A stretch of DNA of 52,163 bases, the filler included, from Sphacelaria rigidula (Eukaryota), in the NCBI GenBank assembly GCA_964200075.2. It is 2 parts of 2 records of this genome, joined end to end, with 100 filler letters (N's around TTAATTAATTAA, not from the genome) between each part and the next. Parts side by side here need not be neighbours in the genome. Positions count along the whole stretch, not along the records: positions 26,140 to 52,163 come from CAXNAA020000152.1; 1 more part is not named here. The stretch is one strand, 5' to 3'. The translations under genes were made by a program, and so were the position numbers. Shown here one piece after another: positions 36,249 to 46,770 of this stretch. The number at the start of each line of letters is the position of its first letter. The stretch's first letter is position 1. The notes beneath the pieces were generated by a model that was not told the origin of the DNA, ran no database searches, and saw only the letters and a list, made by a program, of their open reading frames with translations.

Positions 36249-36323
36249 TGCTCCATCTCGAAAGAGATGCGTGGTCAATGGTCAGACGACTAAGGCAAGC
36301 AACACATGAGAACGCCCCCCCCC
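36249..36323 (+). mobile_element. About 65-bp LINE 3'-terminal insertion between poly-C tracts
   Basis: Matches 2978-3048; GCCCCCCC on both sides. Confidence 0.8.
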
Positions 36324-37434
36324 AGGGATGCGGCCGTGGTCATATGATGAACGTACTCGAGAAAAAACAAAACTGACACACTCGCCGCAGAAAAATGGCG
36401 CATATTGTTTTCAACACTGATGCTACATCAACAGATGACCTACTCTTGCTGAGGGCTAACCTTTGGACCGCGAGAGTAGTCCATCTGGAGCATGTATACT
36501 TTTTTCGTGTAAAGTTGATGCCGATTCAACAGACGATCTACTCTCCCCATCAAAGGGTTAAGACACTCAGTAACCCTTCGACTGTGGGCGTGGTTCGTGT
36601 GCGGGTCAGCATCACTTCCACTTAGAGAAGGAATGAAAACTGTGCCGATTCACAAACACACCGCCGCTGACAGTCGAATGGTTTACCTTTTGACGGCGAA
36701 GATGAGCCATCTGCTGGATCGGCTTCAATTTCACTCGAAAACAAGTATGCATGATCGAGGTGGATTACCCTCGTGGCCGGTCGACCTTTCAGCTTTTGCG
36801 GTCGGACAAGAACGAATATGAACATGTGGCCGGTACTGATACAAAAAAATTACCTCAATTAGTGCTAGCTTTTGGTCTTCTTAACAGAAGTACAGGTACC
36901 CCGAGGAAGGTACTGCTCCATCCTCTCACAAAGTACGCGCAAGGAGCATCGTTTACTTACAACCCCCTGGGTGCAAGTTTTCTCCCGGATAGCCATGGTC
37001 CGATGAAGTATTTGGCGTCTAGCGCATTGATAATGCGTTACCTAGTGCATTAATTCAGGCCCTACCCTCTGAGCTGTGGTGTCTTCTGTGCACTCCCCAG
37101 CTGATTTTTGGTGTTGCACAGGACCAGTACAGGATCGGCGCCTTCTGTGAGATCTTCGCGTTGACGACTTTTGACCATTGATGGATCAGTTCTGTGCGAT
37201 TGGGCTCTTTCGTTTTTTGTGGAGTCTTCTCGGGGTACGATGTTTGAGGAATAGTCATATGTGTATCCTGTGCAGTTTTATAATGCCTGATGAACATCCC
37301 GAATGGCACAACCGCCCATGTGATGGCCAGCCTACACACAGGGGACTCATCCTCCTTCTAGGGTCTCGTTTATTCATGTAAACTTGTATGTTCCCTGCAA
37401 ATCACATCTTCAGCCCTGAACACTCCACGTTGTC

Positions 37435-40015
37435 ATTGCCTTGGAATCGCTCGATTTGGGCGGTGGCGCGAAGCGCCAAAAACCTTGTTTTCCTCTTACG
37501 CATTCACATTTTCTTCGAACGACTTACCTGCACACGGGTGTCATTTTGTGACCCACGACAGCGCAGCATTTCCTCGGCTGTGACGCACGACAGTGTAGTA
37601 TTCCCCCGACGTCCTTTCTCTGTGATCAACCATACCCCAGGTTTTATTTCTGTTCTCTTGTTGTGGACTTAACCCGAAGTTGTTCTCTTTGTCTTCGGCC
37701 CCTTTTTATTCTCCTGTTCGGCCGTCAGCATCTCTCTCTTTGTTGGCCACACCTACCTCTGTATATCACTCTCCCTCCCTCCTTCGTGGCTACCTCTCCA
37801 TCACTCGACCACTACCCAACTTGCCTCCTTTCTGCGTGCCGCGCCGTGGCGCGAACGTGCCCCGTGCATCCGAGGGTAGTGTACTATGATAACCAAGTAA
37901 ATGCCAGTATGAAAACCCAGGGGTGGACTGTCGGCAATTATCCACTGTTGACTCACGATGTTCAGATCCTCAAATCCATATCATGCTGATATGTTTATTT
38001 TATTGCCGAGATCGCTCCTCTCGCTGAGCGTTGCGGCATCAGTCGCATTCTCACGACGTCCTTGAATATCACCGCTGATGGGTGTGCTTTGACTGAGATC
38101 GCTCCGGCTGAGCGCTCAACCGCAGGTCTTGATGTCTTCGGATGCCTGTGCTGCAAACATGCCATTTTTTCATGTCTCGATTATTTTCGTTTGGAGCCGT
38201 ACGGTTTGACTCTTCCCGAAATGTGTATCACTACCCGGGTTTTTTCTACTGAGACATATGGCCGTTGATTGCATCGACCGAACTTTTTCTCGACAAATTT
38301 AGCGGGTCAAACTGTTCGAGAGATTTTTTCGCTTCTCGGGTTTTCCGTGTCGGATTGCCGTGGTCGGCGGAAGTGCTTGACGCCGGGCACGTTGACAACG
38401 ATTCATTCTGCACATCATGTTGGCTGCCTATCAGCTGTGCCGCTGTATATGGCTGTATGTTGAGATTATTTCATTTCGTCTATCCCACTCGTGATACCGA
38501 TGATTGAAATGCATGTCATGTGAGGCGCCATGCCACTGCCATCCAACTGGTGTTGGCGATTGTTGACTCTTCAACATTATCACGTTAACCCCTTGACGGC
38601 GAGCGTGGGTAATCTGTTGAATCGGCATCAATTTCACCGAGGGAAAGTATGCATGATCCAGATGGACTACCCTCGCGGTCTAACGGTTAATCCATTAGAG
38701 ATATCTCAAACTCGAGGTTCCCGATATCTTCGACAGTAAATTACTGTGAAATATACAGGGAATCGTGAATTACTGTAAAATGTACAGGGAATATCGAGTT
38801 TGATGTACCTCTGTTGACCGACACCACATATACGTCATCCATTGAATCAGCATTAGCTTTACTTTGAAAATTATAGTCATGACCCAGGATGAACCGTCCT
38901 CGCGGTCAAATGATCAACATTTCGACGGCGAGAGGAAGCCATCTGTTGAATAGGCATCAATATATATATATATATATGAGAATAACCCAGATGAACTACC
39001 CTCGTGGTCTAAGGGATAAATCATCCATCAGAGGTATCTCAAACTCGAGCTCCCGACGTAGTGTACAATAAATCGCTGTGAAATATACCGGGAATCACGA
39101 GTTTGAGATACCTCTATTGACCTCCACCATATGTAGGTCATCCATTGAGTCGGCATCAATTACATTTGAAGAAATAAAATCATGACCCAATGAAGTATCC
39201 TCAAGGTCAGACGGTTAACTCTTTGACGACCAAAGTAGGCTGTCTATTGAATCGGTATGCATTTCACCTGCAAAAGGTATGCATGATCCAAATGGACTAC
39301 CCTTGCGGCCAAACGGTTAACCCTTTGACCGCCAGCGTAGGCGATCTGTTGAATCGGTACCGTTCATACTATCTTTGAGGTGAAGATGGTGCCAATTCAA
39401 TAGTTCGTCAACCCTCACGACCAAAGGTTTACACCCTTGACCGCTAGGGTAGGTCACCTGGACCATTGACCATTCAACAAATGATTCATGTACTGTATGG
39501 TGGCGATGAAAGGGTTAGGTTGTTATGTTTTATTAACACGACACATGCACCAGCACAATATATACAAATTCCGGTGAAAATCTGCGAAATATACCGAGAA
39601 TCTAGTCCTCTATTGACCACCGCCATATATAGCTCATCTAATGTATCGGCATCAACTCCAGTTAAAAAATTCAAATCATGACCCAGGATGAACTACCCTC
39701 GCGGTCAAACGGCTCACGCCTTGGTAGCGAGAGTAGATCATCTGTTGAATCGGCATCAGTTTCACCTGAATTAAGTATGCATGATGCAGATGGACTACCC
39801 TCGTGGTGTAAGGGTCAGCTCTTTGACCGCAAGAGTAGACGATCTGTTGAATGATTGGTTAGGTGTGACTGATGCCGACTCAACGGATCGCCTACCCCCG
39901 CGGTCGTGAAAATGGCTGACCCTTTGACCGCCAAGGTAGGCCATAATGGACCATCGACAATTCAATAGATGGCCCATTCAGTGGCGGTCAAAGCCTTAGA
40001 CTTTTCCGTAGTAGT
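37435..40015 (+). mobile_element. Composite non-autonomous element, copy A, with hairpin head and internal array of 102-bp inverted-repeat units
   Basis: Collinear blocks with 45770-46770: GGTGGCGCGAAGCGCC hairpin, ACAGCGCAGCATTT, GTGGTCGGCGGAAGTGC block, the unit array, and the end GTGGCGGTCAAAGCCT..TTTTCCGTA. Confidence 0.7.
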
Positions 40016-40221
40016 ACAGGCTGGGCCGCCTAAGAAGTGGACTTTCCTTCAGCCGGTTCTAACTGACGATCTATCGCGAGTTGTGCCTACTGTGACACAT
40101 GGTGGTAATCTGTAAATCAACGTGCGTCTTCATTTCACGTAGCACTGCGATCTGACAAGTTCCCATCAAACGAAATACCAAGTTGTAGTCAGCTGCGAAG
40201 TGTAGAGAGTTGAGGGTGGCA

Positions 40222-40525
40222 TTTTTTTCTTTTTTTCCTCACACTTCGAACCCCTCCACTTCCTCGGGATGAGTCCGTGGTCTCAAGGGATCAACCCATC
40301 TCTCCCCCNNNNNNNNNNTTTGGTCTCGCGGACTGGATCAGCACTCCCGCACCATGTCAACTCACGTCACACGAACCCAGTCGACTACTTTGTTTACTCA
40401 CGTTCTCGCGCTTTCAACGGTGGAAATCATACATCACGAAGAAAAACCTAACGTATCGAGAATCGAACCCCCGTTCTCTCCACCCTAATGGCGACAGTCG
40501 GACCATTACACCACCGGGGCGCGGC
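40222..40525 (-). mobile_element. tRNA-derived SINE, near full length with A-rich tail
   Basis: A and B boxes, core, and a 3' end matching 5337-5411. The T-run at 40222-40236 is the A-rich tail. Contains a 10-N gap. Confidence 0.85.
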
Positions 40526-40780
40526 ATGTGCGGCGGAATTAGGGAACAGAACGGCTGAAATCCCATTTACGGTTACAGTGGGTTGTGCCGCGGCCGCAAA
40601 GTGAGGGTGCTGCACTAGTTGTGGTTGTGCAACAATGCATGTCGTACTGTACGCGCGCAGGGTCTGAGATGGCACGCAAACGAGACCTCCGGCGCCCCGA
40701 GGCGTCAGGCTTGTAGAAAACGTCGAAGTTCTGGCTGAGGTTATAGTACTCCGAAAGCAAGTGAACCGGTCCTCGACAGA

Positions 40781-41402
40781 AAAACGCGATTTCACTGCTC
40801 AAGTTGAAGTCGTTTTCCATGAACTTTTGACACAATATACATGGGGTATATGTGAAGCCCCTACCGTTCGCCCCTCTTTTTTTTTTTTTCCTCGTGAGTT
40901 ATTGGTGATCCAAACATTTTTTCCTGGTACAAAAGCGTCGACAACTCATTGAAAAAAAATGTCGAGGGGGGACAATAGGGACTTCACAACATACCTCATA
41001 AACATCGTGTCGAAATTTCGTGAAAAAATACTTGAAATCGAACAGCATAAACGCGTTTCATTTTCTCGTGGCTCGTCCATCTCCACGTGGGAACCAGTCT
41101 TGGACACGAACACGCGATTTAGCAGCTTAATTTCGGTTCGTTTCCTATGAAATTTTGACACGATGTACAGGATGTATGTGCGAAGACGCCACCCTCTCCC
41201 ACGTACATTTTTTTTTTATTCCGTGAGTTATCGGCGACCAAACATTTTGGAACAGTTCATTTCGGAACAATATCATGAATAACTCATAGAAAATAAATAA
41301 ATGCAGGGGGCCGAAAACGGAGTCTTCGCACATACCTCCTGTATATTGTGCCAAAATATCATAGGAAACGACCCAAAATTGAGCTGTTAAATCGCGTGTT
41401 CG
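40781..41402. mobile_element. Two adjacent fold-back (MITE-like) units, 40781-41058 and 41107-41402
   Basis: The second unit has imperfect TIRs of 80 bp or more (GAACACGCGATTTA.CAGCT..TATGTGCGAAGAC and its reverse complement). The first unit is a more diverged homologue. Confidence 0.8.
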
Positions 41403-41435
41403 CATCCCTGTCCGCGTCTTGGGCGGCCCAGCCTG

Positions 41436-41757
41436 TAATACATATGCCTCAGCACGATACGTACACACACCCATATGTGTGCTCACCGAGCAACCCTTGG
41501 TCGTTGTGCCCTTGGGGACAGTCCAGGAGTTGTATTGTATAGTAAGATGAAGAAGTACGGTACAACGAGAGTGTAGTGATGTGTACCTATGTTCAAACAT
41601 CCAAGTGCCTGAAAATGAAATCTGGCGCGTTGAATTTACTTACGTTAACCACCAGTCGTTTTCTGCGCCATGAAGGGCGAGCATCTGAAAGTACCCCGAA
41701 GCAGCCATGATCTGGTGCCGAACACATGAAGGCATACTTCTCAATACACAAGGAGTT
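41436..41757. repeat. Dispersed repeat, second copy at 46771-47119
   Basis: Shared ATGCCTCAGCACGATA..GGGACAGTCCAGGAGTTGTATTGTATAGTAAG..GGTGCCGAACACATG. Confidence 0.85.
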
Positions 41758-42149
41758 CAGCCACAAACCATAACTTGAACGAAATCCTCCAACGCTGTAA
41801 CCGCGAAGGGAGGTCATCTGGCTTGGTCGTTATTTTTCAATTCAAGATGATGCTATTACACATGAACTGATTATCCGCTACAAGTACAGCCGCGTTCGCA
41901 GGGCGGACGTCATCAAGGTAGAAACACATGATGGTTACACTGTGCCAAGAAGAGAGACAGAAACTCACACAAAACCGCTCAAATAGAGAAACACGGCAGA
42001 TGAACAGAGAAACAAAACAACACCAACAGAAGAAAACAAAACAACACAACACGGAACAAAACAAAGCAAAACCAAATAAATCAATCACAAAACTACAGAA
42101 CAGCAGTAGAGCCACCGAATTTGTCAACGAGGTCACAACCCGGTTTACC

Positions 42150-42606
42150 CCATGTCACGTCACATTTGTGACGTCTTCAAAAAATACGTTACGTCACGTC
42201 ACACCGTTGTCACGTGACATTCGTGACGTGTAACAATAAGTGCCCTGATATATTCGGAAATTCGAAGCTCGGGCTTTCGGGTTTTCGATTTGCGCTTCTA
42301 CGTTTGCAGATATTCACGTGGTGTACGGTTGGGTGTGGTGCGGCGGTGCATTCGGTGGCGCTGAACGTGCGCTTACATCGCGTGCGTATTATGGTGACGT
42401 ATGCACACTCTTCTTGAACTCATGTATGATATCATATCATATGTATGCATGTATTTACGTGTATGTGCCCACGAATCTCATACTAATTGTTGTACAAATT
42501 GAGCGTATGGCGTTTGTGACGGTCATTCATACGTCACAAACATGTGACGTATATAATACGTCACGTCACGTCACGTCACAGCGGTGTGACGTGACGTGAC
42601 GTGACT
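42150..42606. repeat. Element with GTCAC/GTGAC pentamer clusters at both ends
   Basis: Clusters at 42150-42232 and 42514-42605, the latter including a perfect 21-bp hairpin. Confidence 0.7.
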
Positions 42607-42639
42607 TGTAACGATAGTGTGTCGTGCAACGGTAAGTGC

Positions 42640-43430
42640 TCCGGAATTTTTCTCTGAAGAGCTTCTGAAAAGAAAGCGAATGATATGTGAAGTTTCTACT
42701 TGGAAGTGTTTGCTTCCCCCTCGCATGTTTTTTTACAGTTCGTTTGAGTGATTGGTGCTGTTGCCGGAGCTCATCGTGTTTCATCGCTGAAGAAACACTC
42801 GTGACATAAGAACTACTAACTGTATCGGCGTATGGTTGACGTCCGCAAAAGCGGGTCACAAAATCGTCATTCGATATTTCGAACTAATTTTCATCTGCGG
42901 TATGACCACAATTTGTCCGAAAAAGGCGTTGTGTCACTGTTCTTTTGGGTAATTCAGCGCCAATTTTTCCTGGAGTACAGTACTGTAGCGGTAGTTCTAA
43001 GCTTTGCGGATTGTGCCACCTCGGAAAGTCCTGCTGTACTTTTTTGAGAGGATTTCAGCGCCCTTTCCAACCTTTTCGTACGCCAACTATGACTTTTGGC
43101 CGGATGAATAATTTGTCAAACCGAAAATAGTCCACAAAAACCTTCGAGGTCTCTTCCAGGTAACTTTTTTCAGTCTGCTCGAGAAACAGTTTTTGGGAGC
43201 TGTTTGACAAGTTATTCGTGCAGCAAAAGTCAAACTGGCCGCACGAAAGTTCAAAACGTGAGCTGGGATCATCTCAGAGAGTACAGCAGCAATTCTTCAT
43301 CGTTAAGTGGCACAATCCGTCGAACCGGATATGCCGGCGGAAATCGGCATTGAATAGCCAAGATAGGCTTTTTTTCAGAGAGGTTTGGTCGCACAACAGC
43401 AAGCGACTTCACATGATTTATCCGTCCGTT
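42640..43430. repeat. Dispersed repeat homologous to 47655-47910 plus 49445-50220
   Basis: Collinear blocks CTGAAGAAA(C/T)ACTCG, ATTCAGCGCCAATTTT, GCTTTGCGGATTG, GATGAATAATTT, GTGGCACAATC and AAATCGGCA. Confidence 0.8.
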
Positions 43431-45290
43431 GCTCCTATGCCAAGCAACGACTCCACAAAATGAATGACAAAATGATGTTGCCTGCACGTGAACGGCGGTC
43501 CAAACTACAGTCTATATCTTCGTCGTGATCTCCCTGTGAAACAGGGTGGCAGTCGGGAAGCCAGTGGCGTCAACGACCGGTAACTATGTACTGCAAGCCT
43601 CCATCATCTATACTTTCAATAACAAGAGCAATGATCGCCCGAGGTCGGCGACCGCACTTGACCCCAACAGTAGCCCCATCTGGACGTGGACACCCTTCCC
43701 CAACTCGTCACAAGCGTTGACCAGTTGCGTGTTGCAGTCCGTCAACGACGCGTGGTTCTTCTCCAGTTCCTCGTTGCGCCGCGACACTGAGCACATCGCA
43801 CTTCCTTTGATTTGTCTGAAGCGCGGGCCTCGGCGAGCTTATAGGCGAACATTAGAGCTGCAAACAGCGCGCCGGCGAGCTCCGCGACCTCTGCTTGTTA
43901 TCTGGCATCGAGTGCTCTCTCTAGAGTCCTGCATCTTTTCTTTAGTGCTGTGTTGCTGGCCACGAGTTTCCGGTTCTACGCCACCAGCTGGTGTCGTTCC
44001 GTCCGCAACCAGTCCCGCTCCGTCACGGCGCTACTTGCCATCATCCCCACCGTGTGTCCCAACTCAAATGCACGACGCTCGGCCGCCACCGCCGCCACCG
44101 CCGCTCTTCATCCCCTCTTCGTCGCGCGACGCCGTGCTGCCACGGCCGTACTCCACACCAAGACCAGCACCGCCACAAACAAAAACCCGCTAGCCGTGGT
44201 CCAGTCCGTAGTCCGCATCGGAACCTTGCCCCCGCGACGATCAGCGACCACCACCGCGCAGGAATTCCCCGCCCTCTCTTTCCGTACCGGGACAGGGGAC
44301 ATCTCAGCGCTCGGTACGAGCAAGTTTTTCTTCGTCACGGCTTCGTGCACGACAACTGCTGTGGAATGCCCGGCTGGCGCTGAGCAAACCGGTGGCGTAA
44401 CCGACCACGGAGGACTAGTACCAAGGCGTTGCACGTCTTCGCCTTGGCTTCCCTGCCCTTGAAAACGATAGAACGAGGAGGCAGCGGCGGTCGACGGGTC
44501 CCCAAGCAGAAGGAAGACTGGATAGTCGGGCGCAGGCGAGAGTATGTGACTCATCACATGCTCCACCTCTGTCGAGGCATTTGATATTTTTTGCAACCTC
44601 AGCAGAAGATGGTCTCGTGACAGGGCGTGCCTGCCCGCGCCAGCTGCTGCAGCAGCTTCCCACGGGGTTTGACAAGTGGATAATAAAGGTTGACGCCGTA
44701 CCCTGTGCCGCTGGTAATATTTTTATGCTGCACTGCGCTGCCGTATGTATCACTACACCGAACAGTACTGTACTCTCCTAGTCTGTTATCGCTGTACTTG
44801 CAGGGTGATGTATGGCACTGCACTACTGAACTTTTTTCCCGCACTGAGTGTTCACTGTTCTCGCAACACCGACTGTGCCATCATGTACTACCCCACGGCA
44901 TTATCATGTACTGTAATGATGGAGTGTCCTCTGCTGTATTACCGTAGGGCACCAAGGTACGACGCTTGACTTGAAGGATTATACACCGCCTGCCTGCTCT
45001 TCGACTTCATGCACGAGGACGCAGTGCCACTCTCATGCAGGAAATGACTATCTGTGTACAGAACTATTTGACAAAATCTGTGATACTGTCTGTATCATAA
45101 GTCCCTCCGATTTTAAGTTCGCGAATTTGATTCCCCCCGATTTCTCCAACTTGATTTTGAAGAAATCGGGGTTGAAAAAATCGAGATTCGTTGCCACAAA
45201 AGATGGTCCTAGATCGTCTCATCGACGGGCAACAGTGACTCCTACATTTTTTCTTCATAGTGTCATGCTGTTATAGTCCTTCATAGGTGG

Positions 45291-45635
45291 TTTTCGGTTC
45301 TGCAGGGTCAGTGTCTTCTGCGTCGCTACGACTCTTGATTTTCGGTCGAGCTTTCTCTATGTTTGGAAGTTGAAATGAGTTCATTTTGCGCAGATATTCC
45401 AGACGGAGGATGGGTGGAGATTGACGGTTACTTTTTGGTTCTGTAGGATCAGTGTCTCTTGCCTTGTTTCGATTCTTCATTTTCGTTCGGGTTTTGTTGT
45501 TTTTCTTAGGTTAAATGAGTTCATCTCGCGTAGATTTCTCGGACGGAGAATGGGTGGAGCTTCATGGTTATCTTTTCCGTTGTGCAGGATCAGTCTCCTC
45601 TGCCTTTTTCCAATTCTTTTTCGGTCGAGTTTGAT
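45291..45635. repeat. About 140-bp tandem repeat, about 2.5 copies
   Basis: TG(C/T)AGG(G/A)TCAGT..TTTTCG(G/T)TCG..AAATGAGTTCAT..GACGGAG(G/A)ATGGGTGGAG recurs at about 140-bp spacing. Confidence 0.8.
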
Positions 45636-45769
45636 CATCGTCGACGGTATTTGAGGTCCAAAGGGACAGCAAGAAGGAGAACGAGTTATCTCTGAATCAT
45701 ATCTTTGCCTCTGAGCACTCTTGTATGTGGGCGACGGCTGATGCCGGTAGCAACAATCCTCATTACCCT

Positions 45770-46770
45770 TAGCCTTGGGAAACGCTCCATCGAGCGGTGG
45801 CGCGAAGCGCCGAAACCCTTGAACTTCATTTTATGACATTTTTTTCAAGGGTTCTCCTGTAAACAGGTGTCGGTTTGTGACGCCCAACAGCGCAGCATTT
45901 TCCCGCACCCCTGCGCACCATGTGCCAGTATTCGATGCGTCCGTTTCGGCTCTCCCATTTTTTACTGTGAATTGCCGTTTCCCTACGTCGAATTAGCCCT
46001 TTTTCCGCTGAATTAACTGTGCGACCAGTGATTTTCCTAGCTGTTTGCCTCTCCTTCGTGCCGGTGAGCTGTTCACCAGAATGTCACGTTTCCCTACTTG
46101 GAATTAAAATAACCTGTTTCCGCGGCACTCTTCATTTATCTCTCCTCCTATGGGTTCAACGCACGGAATCTGACACCAGTCACGTACCGAGCCTACTTCC
46201 CCAGAACCAGTGACATTCCCAGCCGTTTGGCCTCCGTTTTGCACCGGTGACTTCATCATGGCCGGTCACTGCATGTACCGGTGTTTGCTCTACACGTTGG
46301 GCGGGTCAAACTGTTCTAGATACTTTTTCGCTTCTCGGCTTTTCCATATTCGAATTGCTGTGGTCGGCGGAAGTGCGCGACGCCGGGCACATCGACAACG
46401 ATTCCTTCTGCACATCATTTCAGTCGCGTATCTGCTGCGCCGCTGTGTATCGCTGTATATAGCCCAGGAAGAACGTCCGTCGCGGTCAAACGGTTACCCC
46501 TCTGGCGGCTAGCGTAGGTCATCTGTTGAATCGGCATCAATTCCACCTGAAAGCAGTATGCATGATCCAGATGGACTACTCTCACAGTCCAACGGTCAAC
46601 CTCGTGACCGCGAGCGTATGCGATCTGTTGAATCGGCGCAATTCCTCTGAATTTTTAGGTGTAAACGGTGTCATTTCAATACATGGCCTACTCTCGCGAT
46701 AACCCTTTGACCGCCATAACGGATGGCCTATATATGGTGGCGGTCAAAGCCTCGGATTTTTCCGTACTAT
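45770..46770 (+). mobile_element. Composite non-autonomous element, copy B (shorter array)
   Basis: Same order of blocks as 37435-40015. Confidence 0.7.

Noticed and set aside
38585-39990. CRISPR- or attC-like repeat-spacer array
   Set aside because: The sequence between the inverted ends is itself repeated in every unit, so there is no variable cargo.
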